A stretch of DNA of 63,821 nucleotides, filler included, from Reticulomyxa filosa (lineage: Eukaryota > Protista > Foraminifera), in NCBI GenBank assembly GCA_000512085.1. It is 14 parts of 14 records of this genome, joined end to end, with 100 filler letters (N's around TTAATTAATTAA, not from the genome) between each part and the next. Parts side by side here need not be neighbours in the genome. Positions count along the whole stretch, not along the records: positions 10,988 to 33,525 come from ASPP01003559.1; positions 33,626 to 38,509 come from ASPP01020219.1; positions 38,610 to 41,289 come from ASPP01043441.1; 11 more parts are not named here. One strand, written 5' to 3'. A model generated the notes under the pieces. The model saw nothing but the letters and a program-made list of their open reading frames with translations, searched no databases and was not told where the DNA came from. This document shows, piece after piece, positions 25,158 to 38,639 of the stretch. The translations under genes and the position numbers were made by a program. Every line of letters begins with the position of its first letter. Position 1 is the first letter of the stretch.

Positions 25158-25445
25158 AAGAATATCGAATAAATGCTAATTTTTCATGATGAAACGCATG
25201 AATATTCATAGGGGTTCATTTTAGGGATCTTTTTTTTTAGCTGTCGATTGTACAAAAATCAACAAAATTCAAATAGTGAAGAAAGTTTCGTGAAAGTAGC
25301 TTTAAGATTCTATTGGAACGTGTTTTGTCTTAGTGTCTTGTATACGACACTTACGTTGCAACCAATATTTTTTAAAAATGGAAAAATACTTTCTTGCATA
25401 ACGACTTGCACAAACTTACTGTCCCACAAACAAAGTAAGACAATA

Positions 25446-26420
25446 TCACAAAGTATAAGACTTGGAAAATTTTGTTCTATAAGCGTCAACAAGTGCGTTC
25501 CCTTTTGCTCCTCCTGCATTTCTGAGTACTTCCTCAGAAACTAAGTTAGTTAATTGATCTGAGCCTTTCTCCGAATTGATTTCTAATTTCTCGCATCGAC
25601 CATTTGAAGCACGGGCAATCTCTTCAAAATTTTGTTTAGCGCGCATATCTACAAAGAAAGCATGCACATTGATTTTTTTGTCTTTGAGGATATTTAGTTC
25701 ATCTTCATAGTATGTGGGCGTGGAGAATAATGTTGTTCTTTGTCAATAGCTTCTCCACCACCAGTAAAATGTGTGACAAATCACTTTAAAGAAATTGGCG
25801 GGAATGGCGCCTTATGACTACTATTACCCCTCTTTTGTGTTACCTCTTCCTTGGTATTTGCTGGTGCATCTCCAATCAAAATAACCTGTGAAATAGTTGC
25901 TTTTTCGTGTTCTCTGTTAACATGGGCCAATCCCACTTCGATTGCTTCATTTCCCCATCCGTACTCTGGCTCCACAGTTTCCATAAACGTACGTAAATTC
26001 TTGGGCTTTGATTCCCACGGAGATGTTTGCAGAAGCATGTCTGCTGGTGCGTTGTAATTCCGATACACCACAAATTGCATTTCAAAGCTATTGGGACCTT
26101 TCAAAACGATAGCGATGCGTTCGAACATAGTGGTCACTGCATTTTTTGCTTTTTGCAACAAGTGATCCATGGAACCGGTTACATCCATTAAAATCACTGT
26201 TCGTGAAAGTGTTGCCTCTGCCCCTTTGTTTCGTTCACATAGCATTGCTTTGACCTCAGCGATCTTATTGCTCTTCAACGCCGTAATTAATTGTTGCCCC
26301 AATTTGTGCTCTTTTTCGGCTTGTTCCACAAATTTTTTGCTCTCTGCGTATTGAGTTTTAAAAAATTCATTTCGCTTTTTATTGAGCGTTGGATAAAAAT
26401 CGTTTTGTTTATTGGGATGC
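25446..26420 (-). pseudogene. Orphan, decayed copy of the vWA C-terminal region of the giant SecA-like proteins
   Basis: Homology starts at DFYPTLNKKRNEFFKTQY and includes LMDVTGSM, MQFVVYRNY, GWGNEAIEVGL and ILIGDAPAN, ending at DAYRTKF. It has an insertion at ~25760-25830, a frameshift, and TGA where the paralogs have the Trp of YW. Confidence 0.88.
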
Positions 26421-26609
26421 TATTTCTTATGTAAGAACGGATTGCTTTTAAACTTGAATCCAATGACACAAATTAATAAGAAAACAAAGCAATCTGAAAT
26501 ACTTCACACTAACGACAAATTAGGTTTCGTCCACAAATGCACCATTTTAATTCAAATATTTATGTGAACAGAATTAATGTTATTCATTTCACTTGCTCTG
26601 AAGTAAGCA

Positions 26610-29600
26610 TCAAATGTACAAGTTAGGTGCAAATTTGATTCTATAAGCCTCAACAAGTTCATCACCTCTCGATCCACCAGCGTGTTTAAGAATTGTCGTA
26701 GAGACAACACCAGTTAATTGCTCTGAACCTTCATCTGAATTAATTTGTAATTCTGCACATTTACCACCTGAAGTACGGGCTATCGCTTCAAAATGTTCTT
26801 TTGCTTGTTCATTCACATAGAAGGCATGCACAGGGATATTACATTGTTCCAAGAGGTCAAGTTCTTTCTCATAGTAAGTGGGAATAGAGAAGTTTGTGCC
26901 TTTCCAATAGTATTCTCCTTTGATCTGTCTTTTCCTTGCCACTTCTTGTCTTGTATTTGGCGGCATGTCTCCAATCAAAATAACTTGTGAAACTTCCATT
27001 TTTTTGACTTGGGTATTGACATAAGCAAGCCCAATTTCAATAGCTTCATTTCCCAGTCCATACCCTGCACGAATGGTCTCCATAAACTCACGCAAATTAT
27101 CAGGTTTTGATTCCCAGGGAGAAGCTTGCAAAATCATATCTTCAGGTGCATTGTAATTGCGATACACCACAAACTGCATTTCAAAGCAATTGGGAGGTAA
27201 TCCATTATCTTTCAAAATGATTGAAATTCGATCAAACATAGTGCAAACTGTATTTTTTGTTTTTTGCAATAAATGCTGCATGGAACCAGTTGCATCCATA
27301 AGCACCACTGTGTATGAAGATTTTCTCTCTTCTGCTCCTTTGTTTTGCTCATATAACATTTTTTTCACTGTATTTACTTCTTTTCTTTTTACTGATGCAA
27401 TCAATTTTGCACTCAATTTGTGTTGTTTCGTAGCATATTCCACATATTTTTTATTCTCAGTGTATTGAGTTTTGAAGAATTCGTTTCGCTTTTTATCGAG
27501 CATCGAATAAAAGTCTCTTGCTTCACGTGCTCTCTGTATATCATCTCTGGTGATTAAAAATTTTTCAAGTGATTTATCACACAACACCAAACTATAAGAG
27601 CCGGATCCTCCTTGTCTGGCAGTACGCCCTTTAATTTGTACTTCCTCAGACAACTCTTCAGAAAGGAAAGCTTGAATCACATGTGGTCCACCATTGGAAG
27701 ATACAATTTCATCGCAACAAATAAAGTCCGTTCCTCGTCCAAATATTTTGGTAAATAATCCCACTTGACCAGAACTGGCAGCACGCTTAATGAGGAATTC
27801 TTTCTCTTCGAAAGAATTTTCTTCAGTCATTACAATTGCATCATTTTTAATCTCTGCAAAATTTGGTGATCCATAAAATTCCATTAATTGTTTTTTGGTC
27901 TCAAAGAACACCAATACAGCTCGTTTTGTTCCTGACATTTTCCCAACAAGTCGATCATTAATTTCTTTTTTAAGAGTAATGAAATAATCACTTTCATCCA
28001 CAATGAAAATGTCTACTTTTTCTGCAAAGGCGAGTTGGTTCTTGCTAAACAAAGACGGCATATAAGTATGTTTGGAAATATGATACTCTTTCTCCACCGC
28101 CTCTTGTTCAGATGAACTCAATGTCTCCAATGTCCCACTCACACCCATAATGCGATAGAAATGTTCGGGAACCGCTACATATGAGAAATTAACAATTCGC
28201 AACGTAAGGTGTATGTTGTTTTTGAAGCTACTATTACTAATTTTATTTTGCTCATGTTCATGATAATACGCAAACAAAGTCTTGTAACCATATCGAATAT
28301 TGTAAGAAATGTCATCTTGTTCTTTGTATCCAATTTTGTCATTGCTTACTTGATATCCATGAGATAAAAAGTTTTGAACATCATTCAACATATCTTTAAT
28401 CGCTTCATCCAACAATGAATCCCATCCTTTCAATACATTACAACATGCTTTGTATTCATTGGATTGTTTCACATCTTTCAATTTCAAAAACGATCCTCTT
28501 TTCTTCCAAATGAAGTCAACAAGTTTGGTAATGGTATCATGGCGTAATGTTGCTGCAGGTGAATAGCACTTGCCATAAAAGTCTTTGTTGAAAAATACAT
28601 CGACCTCGTCAACTAAAAGTATCTTTGAGCGAACCACTTCATTAGATTTTTTTTCTTCATTGTCATTACCAGGAAGGATTAAATTTTCAACAAGTTTGCG
28701 CACATCACCTCCTTCATTAATAATTCTTTCACAAATTTTGCCGAATGTACCATAATGAATATGATTAATTACACCTAAGATATTAAACAATTGCTCAAAA
28801 CTTTTGAAATCCCTGCTGCTCAAGTATTCACTGTAAGAAGCACAACTTACATCAAAGCCAAATAATGCTAATACACAACAAGTAATCGCCAAGGTTACCG
28901 ATTTCCCTTCTCCTGTTCCAATTTGAATCAAGTGATTTGTCAATCCTTTCTTTTTCTCTTCAACACCCAATATGCGGAATATGGAAATCACTTGAGCTGG
29001 ATGTGGTTGTACCAAATAAGACTTTTGATTGTCTACGCCTTTTGCATCATGATAGTATTGTACTTGTTGAAGTGTCCACAATGCAAAAATGTTAGCCATC
29101 ATTTCAGGAATGCTGTTTCGAATACTTGCATCCCAGTTTTCATCTTCTGGTATCTGTTTGATACCACGAGCACACAGTCTTGCATTATTTGCAAATACGT
29201 CAAGTTGTTTGGGATCTTCCTTGACTTTGAGCAGATTGTCATGCACAAGTTGGTTATATTTTGCGTAAAAGTCTTCATACATTTTCTTCAATTTCGATTT
29301 GTCGATTGGATCACCTTTGACTCTCATCTTATCCAAAACATGGTCAATCCCATGTGCTTTGATTTTTTGATTGAATAACGCAATAGAATATCCTTTAAAC
29401 ACACTATGCTCAGCAACAATCATTTTGCCCACTCCAGTTGATTCTTTTTCAAATTCTAATGCTAATGTAGCAATATTAAGACCACTACTGTTCTTTTTTT
29501 TGAAAGTATTCAATAGTTCATCAATGCGTTTATTAATATTATCTTTGAAGTCAAACATATTTACTGATATTATCTTCACTTTCACTAAGCAATTCACAAG

Positions 29601-32600
29601 ATTTTCTGGTCGTAAATCATCTATTGCATCTTTTTCCAATTGGCTGACTTGTTTGTTCACCATTGAATCAATGATTGTAATTTGGGATTTCGCAAAGTTT
29701 GAAAGAATTGAATATTTTTGCATAAAAATAAAGCATTTGTGCCAATGATTGAAGCAATTACAATCGGAGGGGCTCCACTTAGAAGTTTCCATAGTATTAA
29801 CAATTTGTTGTGTGCTTTGTTCTAATTGTTTCAAACGGGGTTCAAGTTTCTCAATGTTTGTAACGTGAGTTTTGCATTGAGACATTTGCGGTATAAAGTC
29901 AAGTGTATCTTTCATGTTTTGGAAATATTGATTTAGTTTCGCATCATTTGCTTTGGTGGTAGTATCATTGATTACTCCTTCATTGATCATATCATTTGAC
30001 ATTTTCTCCAAATGACTATTAAGAGCATTCATTATTTCCGAATACGTCCATAGATTGGTAGATGTGTTGGGGTCTTCAGGGATACCACAATCCATTTTTT
30101 TTTGTTTAAATGTTTTCAATTTTTGCAGAAAGTTATCATTGCCAACTATTTTCATGATGTCTAACACTTTTAGTAATTCTGGGACATTTTTTTTCTCGAT
30201 ATTGATTTTGAATTTCTTTTCCAACGACGAAAAAGAGTTGGAGATTCTTCTATCTAATTCTTTGATTTTCTGGTCGAAATCAAAGGGCATCACTTCATTA
30301 GCCTTATTTTTCACATCTGCCTTAAAATTCATGCATTGAATGAAAAATTCCAATAATTTTTCTATGGATTCCATTGTCTTGGGACTAACTTCACAACGAT
30401 CTAATGCATCCAAACTAGTTGTTGTTTTTTGTCGGATCTTTCCAAATTGATCAGTAAATGCGTTTCGAGTCGACTCGAAGCTGTTGTTAGCTGCAGATAG
30501 ATTTAGTTTTGCTGATTTAATATTGAGTAAATCTTTCAGATCCTTTAATACCCCAGTTACATCTTCGTTGGCCCATTTTTGATTTATCACTTCAACCATT
30601 TTTCGAATCATTATGGGTGCTTGGCGTTCAATCTCCTCGTTTTCAATGCTTGTACACTCATCCAAGAAATGATTAATATGATCAACGTTTTTGGTATTTA
30701 GTGCTTTATCTGCATTACGCATGGCCTTGTCCATGTTATCCTTAATTTCTGTTTCGCCTTGTTTCATATCTTTATCGAGCATTTCCTTCATGTGATCAGG
30801 CAAAACTGCTACTACTGTCTTGCACTGATTGATAACATGTTGAATTTGCATTGACGATTCTTTTTCCGTATCTCTACAGGCTGTTTTCAACTGAGCTCGA
30901 ACCTTTTTAAGAATAATATCTTCAATTTCTTTCCATTCGACTTCATACTTTGCAGTGATAAAATTGGCATAAATTTCATTGGGTGTGGGTGAAGAGGTAA
31001 ATTTAGGCAATGAACCATTTTTGAATCGATCTACAGTCTCTTTCAATTTGTTTTCAATAGCGTTCTTGAGTTGGTTCACGCGATTCATGATTTCACTTTT
31101 TCTTCCGTTCTTCCCTTCTTTCTTTGTGCGCTCCTTATTCGAAGAAATTAACTCATAGCAATCCCTTAAAATATCTGCCATATCTTGAATAAAACTGATT
31201 TTTTTTTTGCGTCCAAAAACTTCAAATTAGTCAATAATCTGTCGAATGCATCTAATTCCGTCTCCATATTTTTTTTAATATCAGATTTAACTTTCTTCAT
31301 TGTTGCAACAATTTCTTTTTTTGCCACCTCATTCACGAATTGAATGGCAGATTGTGCTTTTTTGATATATTCTAGACTATTCTTCAGTTCGTTCAGATTT
31401 TTAATATCTGCTTCGCTCTCCTCAAGTGGCAATACTTTTATTTTTTTGGCCAAGGTATACAAAGCTTCTGACAAAGAGGTTTTAATCTCATTGAATGATT
31501 TTTTTTTATTTGGATCGTCGGTTTTTTCAAGTTCATGCATTTTCATGGCAACGATAGAATATCGACGATTTCTGATCGCTTCCAGTACTGGTTTGATTTC
31601 AGTCTCATCGTGGTGGATTTTATTTTGGTACATCAAAAATAGATCACGAAATTTGTGATTGGGTTGAGCAAAATCATCCAATTCACTCAAAGCTTTAGCA
31701 ATTGTGACTTTTCTTTTCAATAATGCAGAGCTTGCTTCCATTATCGCCAACTTCGTCATCTCATCAGATAGATCCAAATACATTCGTTTCAATCGTTTGT
31801 CAAATTGTTCAATTATATCTTGTGGAAAGTATGTAAATATTGTTGGATAATCTTTTTGCAGTTTTTTGACTTCAGTCAATCGATCGGAAATACCTTCGAC
31901 CTCCTCAATCGTGCTTATATCACCGTCGTTGTTATTATCTTTTTTTTCATCATTGTTCGGCGTTACTCCACTTTCGGTAAGGTTCAAAGAATTAAGTTGA
32001 TTTTGAACAAAGATGGAATACTTTCGTAAAAATTCTTTCACCAAATTCAATGTGTTTGTGATTTCTTCTCTCAGAGGAACTACTGGTCTATGCTCTGTTT
32101 GTTTTTTTTCATCTTCATCATTGCCACTTGTACTAAATTGACTTGTTATTGTATCAACAGGGAAGCCGATGGCTTTGCATTCTTTCAAGTACTGCAATAC
32201 CTTTGCAGTTTTAGAAGCACTCAATACTTCAAAGGTGTACCCAGAATTTTTCTTTAATTTTGCAATTTCACGTTTGCATTGACGAATCTTGTCATTCAAT
32301 TCTTTTTTATTGTCGATTAAGCTCTGTACATCACTCTCCACAAATTCGTGACTCTTTAATGACTTACAAACACTTGCCAATGACATCTCTCCTTTTTGTA
32401 ATTGTTTTTCGTATTCTCTCTTTACTTGTTCGTCCTTGTCGAGTTTTTCTTTTAATTCCTTCATTTGTTTTTGATAACTTTCATTCATTCCTTTTTCTTC
32501 TTGTTTCAATTTTTCCAAATTCTGCTTTCCTTCTTCCACTCCTTCCATGGGCTGCTTGCTTGTTGTTTTCAAATAATGTATCGCTGCTTCCTTGTCGGAT

Positions 32601-33525
32601 GTCAACTGCGGAGATGTCGGTAACGAATTGGGGATGGAGTTTTCATTTTCATGCTCTTGCTTGGTTTCTTCTAATTGCGAAAGTTTTTCTTGGATTGCTT
32701 TTGTATTATCTTTATACTTTTGATCAGGCATAGTCATGATTTTGATCAATTCCTCTATTTTGATTTTCGTCACATTGATTTTCGAATCAAGATCTTTTGC
32801 ATTCTCAAACTTCATTTCCTGCAAATATGAATTGGCAGCACGGATATCTTCAGCACAAAATCTAAGTTGGATCAAACTCTCTTTCATCTTTTCTTGATTT
32901 GCCACATTTTTTGCTTCCAACGCAAATTCACGACGAATTGTAGCTAATATGGCTCGCACAGATTGCTCCAATGGACCACCCGCTTTTTGACGAAATGGGG
33001 TTAATTCCGGAATGGTCACTTCCAAACGACGCAAATTTCCAAGATGAGCAAAGACATTACGAGCGTCTTTGAAATGCTCAGGATGATCTAGATCAAGTTC
33101 CAATTCTTGACTTAATTGTTGCAATTCATGTAAATGCGATATCAGCTTTTGTTTTATGGTTTCCATCAAACTGCTGCTCCCATCTTCTTGACGTTCGTCA
33201 ATCCACTTTGAATTGCTCACACAACGAACACACTCACACAATCGATTGTAATCAATTGATACATTTTGTCTATTGAGAGAGCCAAGTATTGCATCAATGT
33301 CTTTTTGGATTTCGCGTACAAACGCATTTATTTTTTCGATAGTTTGATAATATTGACTTCCCGTCCTTTCTTTTACTACTTTCATGCCTCGAAGTTCTTC
33401 CATCACCAAAATCAATTTTTTGATTTCATCAAATGCTTGATACCTTTTTTTTTTAAACAGGTTCAAAATCTCTTGTCCAACTTTTTCAAAATATTCAATT
33501 ATTTCATTTACAAATGAACGAACTA
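26610..33525 (-). CDS. Giant SecA-like ATPase + vWA protein, tandem paralog (copy 2), 5' end cut by the contig boundary
   Basis: ORFs 33466-31166 and 31181-26610 are joined by a 1-nt shift in an A10 run (31199-31208). The frame is open to the contig end. Collinear with copy 1: QIGTGEGKS, LVDEVD, MGVSGT, FGRGTDF, QIKGRTARQG, LMDATGSM. Confidence 0.9.
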
Positions 33526-33625
33526 NNNNNNNNNNNNNNNNNNNNNNNNNNNNNNNNNNNNNNNNNNNNTTAATTAATTAANNNNNNNNNNNNNNNNNNN
33601 NNNNNNNNNNNNNNNNNNNNNNNNN

Positions 33626-33656
<31 letters not shown>

Positions 33657-36600
33657 AAATAACAATGAAAACGAAGAGGTACTAAATCAGACGTATATGA
33701 CACCCACACTTTTAACAAATACACTGTTGACAAAAGACCCTGAGTTACCATTGAAAATGTTTCGACATCGATTGCGAACGTATGTAATACTGAAGCGCAT
33801 CCCCGATGGAATGTGGCAAGGGTGGTGGTCGGAGCCAATGGCATTGGCAGCGGTGACAAATAGTCTGACGAAATACGTAAGCGAATTGACGGAAGGAAAA
33901 GACAAGAAGGCAACGGATAACAACAAGACCAAAGTATCGTTGTCGAAATTAGATGAAAGCGGATGGGTGGAAATGGATATGAACGACTTGATAAAGGAAA
34001 AGACCAAAGCCAATGAAATGAACTGCGAATTGCGCTTTTCACACGGTCGCATTCGCGGAATGGGACGAGATGCAACGGGAAACTTTACAGTCCGCGGTGG
34101 ATTCAAAAATGACAAGACGCAAACGAGTAATAGTCCATTTGCAGCATTCCGCGACAAACTACGCAAACACAAACCACATACTGACGGCAATGCATTTGTT
34201 AAAGATATGGTAACAGAGTTGGAAAGTGGAGACTCGTACCTGTTTGAGTTTGAATTTGACCAGGCCTATCACGGCAAACACAATGTCAAATATGTGGGAT
34301 TGGTTATGTCTGATCATTCATTGCTTGGCTGTTATCACAATCAAGCGACGAATCAGGGAGGATATTTCCAATTGACCCCTTTGGCCATTTTGCAGACAGA
34401 ATTTGAACATTTGTGTGGACATGGACCTATTGTTATCAATCCCTATGTCAATTTGTTCTCGTATACATTTGAGCTATCCAATGCTACGTTCCATCAAATC
34501 CATCACTCGATTCAGTATTTCTTCCACATCTTCAAAACCGCTCCCTCGCTCGAAGATGCCACCAGAGCTACGTATGCCCTGAAAATCCTTTTCAAAATGC
34601 TTAAAGTGCATTTGGAAGCCTTTGGAATTGTCTTTGAAAAACGTGCGCAGTGGCATCAAGACAAAGACTTTGCCAAGTATGAACACATGACCATTCAGCA
34701 AATACATCAGGCCATTCAACAAGAGGTCGAGCAAGCCGAGGTCCAAAAAGAGCTTTTGGAAAAACAAAAGCAAAAGAAAAGAAGAAAAAGAAAAAGAAAA
34801 AGAAAAAGACAAGAATCAACAAGAATCAAAGACTGAATCCACCAATCCTGATCAAACAATTGTTGAAAAAGATAAAGACAAAGACAAAGATAAAGAGGTC
34901 GAAATCCCATATTTCCCAGGATTGGACAAAATTCAAACGTTATTGTTGGATGTCATCTTATTTGATACTTCGACGCTACCTCGTCGAGATAAAGCGTCCT
35001 CACTCCAATTGACGGAATTGGAGCAACTCCAAGAAGACAAAAATGTAGCAAGCGATATTAAAGCAGAAGCAGAAGCAATTGAAACAAATGAAGCAATAAC
35101 AGAACAAGAGGCAATAAGTGCACGTCTGAAATGGGAAGACACATTTGGAGCCATTGATTTTTGTGGTGAGAAAAATGAAGAAACAGATGGAGTGAGTGAG
35201 ATTTGTGAACAGGCCATTGAAACATTAATTCGTGCATTTGATGTCATGTATCCATTGCCCGAAAATAAATTGAAATTTTTGTCGGATATCATTGCCGCCG
35301 TAAGTCTGCATCGCAAAAACAAGGTATTGGAAATTCGCAGATCGCAGTCACAAGAGATAAATGCTGAGAAGGATGCAAAAGCAACGAAAGAACATTATGA
35401 AAAAGGAAGAAAACAAGGTCGAAAGAAGAAAGCCAAGAAATATGGAGCTGCGATACACAAATTGACAAAAGGGTATTCCCAAAAAGAGGTGTATGAACAA
35501 GTGCTATTGCGATTGTTTGATCGCTTTTCCACCAAAGACGATTTGGCAGATATGCTATTGCCACGAGAGTCGATGCTCAAACGCGCAGAGGATGCCCTGG
35601 TCACCACCATGCAAAGCTATTCCTCTGACTCGAAACAAGAAAAAGAGTCGAAAACAAATGAAACCTCTTCGGATATGAAGAATCCAAGATCACTCGCACG
35701 AAGTCCCTCTGAACATCATTCTGTCAATGTTTTGCAAGAATTGATCGAATTTTGTGTCAATCAATACGTTACGCTATTTACATATATTAATATATATGTA
35801 AATATGTGTATTAAATAATATATACCTCGCAAATAATAAAAAATGCAGATAAACACATTGGGATTGGAGAATGCGTCAAGTGCATCGGAACAGAGCGCAA
35901 TCCAATTATTAGCCGGATTGCAGAAGGATTTAATATTGAAATCGCGATTGCTTATTCCTGACAAAGTACTGCCCGTAGTCAATGAAGATATAAAAAAAAA
36001 GATGGAGGAGACCGAGCGAAGCTATTTTGTACGCTTCCTTCAATTTGCCTCCATTTTGTTGTCTGCAACGACGCGAATTATCAAAGAACAGACGGACTAC
36101 CTCAAAAGTAAAGTAGCATCTGCAGCCGACAAAGACAAGTCGGACACACAAACACAAGAGCAAGAAAAGAAGAAAGAAACATTTGTACCTGCTGAAGTGG
36201 ACAAATCGAAAGAGACTAAAGACAAATTGATCGACGACAAGAAAGAAGGACAGGACAAAGATAAAGACAAAGACAAAGATAAAGATAAAGATATCCATGA
36301 AATTGATGACAACGAAGAGGAAGAGTTCACAGAATGTTTGCGATTGAGTTTGTTATCGTTGTTGCCGACATTGTTAACCGCCCTTGGAAGTGACAAAATA
36401 GTAGTGAACAAAGGATTGGTTTCATCATTGATCCCATGCGCGTGGAGTTTCGTTCGAGAATTGAATCGATTGAATGAAATGCTACCCAATATGTCCAAAT
36501 ATGATCAAAGGTTTGTTCGACAGATAACTGGCGAACTCACCTCTGACATTCAAGTATTGGAGACATCTCATCCCTATCCTGCAGGCATTCAAATCTTCCG

Positions 36601-38509
36601 ACAAACTGTCACCTTCCCGCATGCTGATAGCATTCGCTTGACATTTGATCCACGTTGTTCCACTGTTAGCAATATGGATATGTTACAAATCTATTTCGAC
36701 GAAAATGCATCATCTGAAGAATTGGTGCCCAATGGCTCATTTTATGGACCGCCTCGACAATCGTGGCCACGTTCGAGTATGTTGATTCCTTCCAATTCCA
36801 TCACCCTTACCATGTCTGCGAGATCACAGCGCGAAAAGGGCAATCGTCAAACGCGCTGGGGCTTTCGAATTGTTGCGCAAGGCGTTATTACAAACGTACT
36901 GCCATGGCTTATGGATATGTCAGCTACTGCAAGTGGTTTGCTTGCCAAACTGTGTGCCAGTTTGATTCGTGGAGAGCCAACGACATCACACGATCGAGAC
37001 TTTTATCCTTATTTGAACAGCTCGGATATGGAAATGGATGCTTTGGATTCTCTGTCAAAGGAGTTTGGTGCAGCTCCGGGTCACAAAGACGCGTCCTCTG
37101 GAGTGTCTTCCACACATAATGCCAGTGGTGGTCCAGGTGACAGCACAATGGCAGACTCGACGTATACAAAGGACCAATTGAAAAAAGTATCATGCAATGG
37201 ACTATTGTCATTGGGTTTGGAAGACCCATCCACCATCGAAAATATGTCATTGAGTAAAGACTTATCCTTTGATTCCACTTTATCGCCTCCGCGATCAGCG
37301 TCGTTGGAATTGAAAGCCAACTTGTCCTTTTTGCTGGACTACATTGAAGGCAAGCCTTATACCAATGCGTTGATAGAAATGTTTGAGAAGCAACAAGGAC
37401 GATTTATGGTGAATCAAAAATTAATGGGAGAATGGAAGCGAGCAGTACGAGCAGTGCAAGCGGCAATGATCAAACATGGTGGCATTGCCAGTTTGGCGAG
37501 ACAATATTGTCAACAACAGACCAACGCGTCTTCACATCATACCGACGAAGAACATAACGTCGGTATTGGAGGGGACAAAGAAAATTGGAGTCCTTCATTC
37601 AAAAGAAAAACCGCAATTGAGAAATTGAGCAGCAATGATTTGAGAATTCTGTCGGAACGGGTGCGTGTTATTGCCAATGCAATCAAGCCATTGGCATTAC
37701 GTTGGATGGGACCCGCTGCGCAGCTGTTGAAACAATGGAATTATTGGTTTAGCTTTGAAGAAGTGGACTTCAAAATGGAAAGTTACAAAGAAAAGCAAAC
37801 ACAACACCAAAAAGAACAGGCCAATTTGAACCATCCAAGTGCAAGTGAGCCAAGCACTGCTGCGACAACTACGACTCCAGAACAAAAGCAATCGAGTGAT
37901 AAAGACGTTAGTGGAGAGCAAAAAAAAGAGGAGCAAAAGCCTTTGTTTCCAACAGCATCATTTGCACTGTTTGAAGAGGAATATGGTGATCCAAGCAAAA
38001 TTGATGACTTGGAACAATTGTGTCGATTGAAGCGGTCTCCCTTTTATCCATTCAATGTACCCAAAACAATTGATCGTTTGTATCACAGCGTGTATTGCAA
38101 AGAATTGGACTCGTGTTTGAAGTCCCAACAGCCTCCAAAAGATGGACATATCCAAGTGTCGGAATACGTCATCGACATGTGTCAGAGACTGCTCTTATTC
38201 CGCAGTTCGCATTCCAGTGAGCCATTGTTTGGAACCAAGACCCAAGTCGAAACGGATACATTGGAAAAGAACAAAGACATGCCACAATTCAATTTGTCTC
38301 ACAGCAATGAAAAATACCAACATGATGCTATGTATGTTTTGGACAAAGCAAGAACAAAAGATATCGAAAAAGCAGAAGCAATAGGAATAGGAATAGGTGA
38401 AGATGATGACGATATGAACTTGACCCGAAGTATGAGTGATTACATCCCGCAACAACAAATGCAATATGGTCGATTGGACAAAGAAAATCAAATCAAAGAG
38501 GAAGATGAA
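33626..38509 (+). CDS. Fragment of a giant protein with a CUB-like domain of the ZZEF1/HECTD4/MYCBP2 E3-ligase type
   Basis: ORFs 33697-34836, 34922-35818 and 35843-end, with a frameshift in the A-rich tract ~34770-34860 and an intron ~35768-35849. Motif ETSHPY..VTFPHADSIRLTFDPRCST..DMLQIY..G..SWP..LIPSNSITLTM..RWGFRIVAQG at ~36560-36885. No HECT/RING domain is visible in the fragment. Confidence 0.65.
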
Positions 38510-38639
38510 NNNNNNNNNNNNNNNNNNNNNNNNNNNNNNNNNNNNNNNNNNNNTTAATTAATTAANNNNNNNNNNNNNNNNNNNNNNNNNNNNNNNNNNN
38601 NNNNNNNNNTGTTAAAAACGATTATACTTATAAACCACC

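Noticed and set aside
12845-33517. Many plus-strand ORFs of 60-160 aa overlapping the giant genes
   Set aside because: Antisense shadows with no recognisable motifs.
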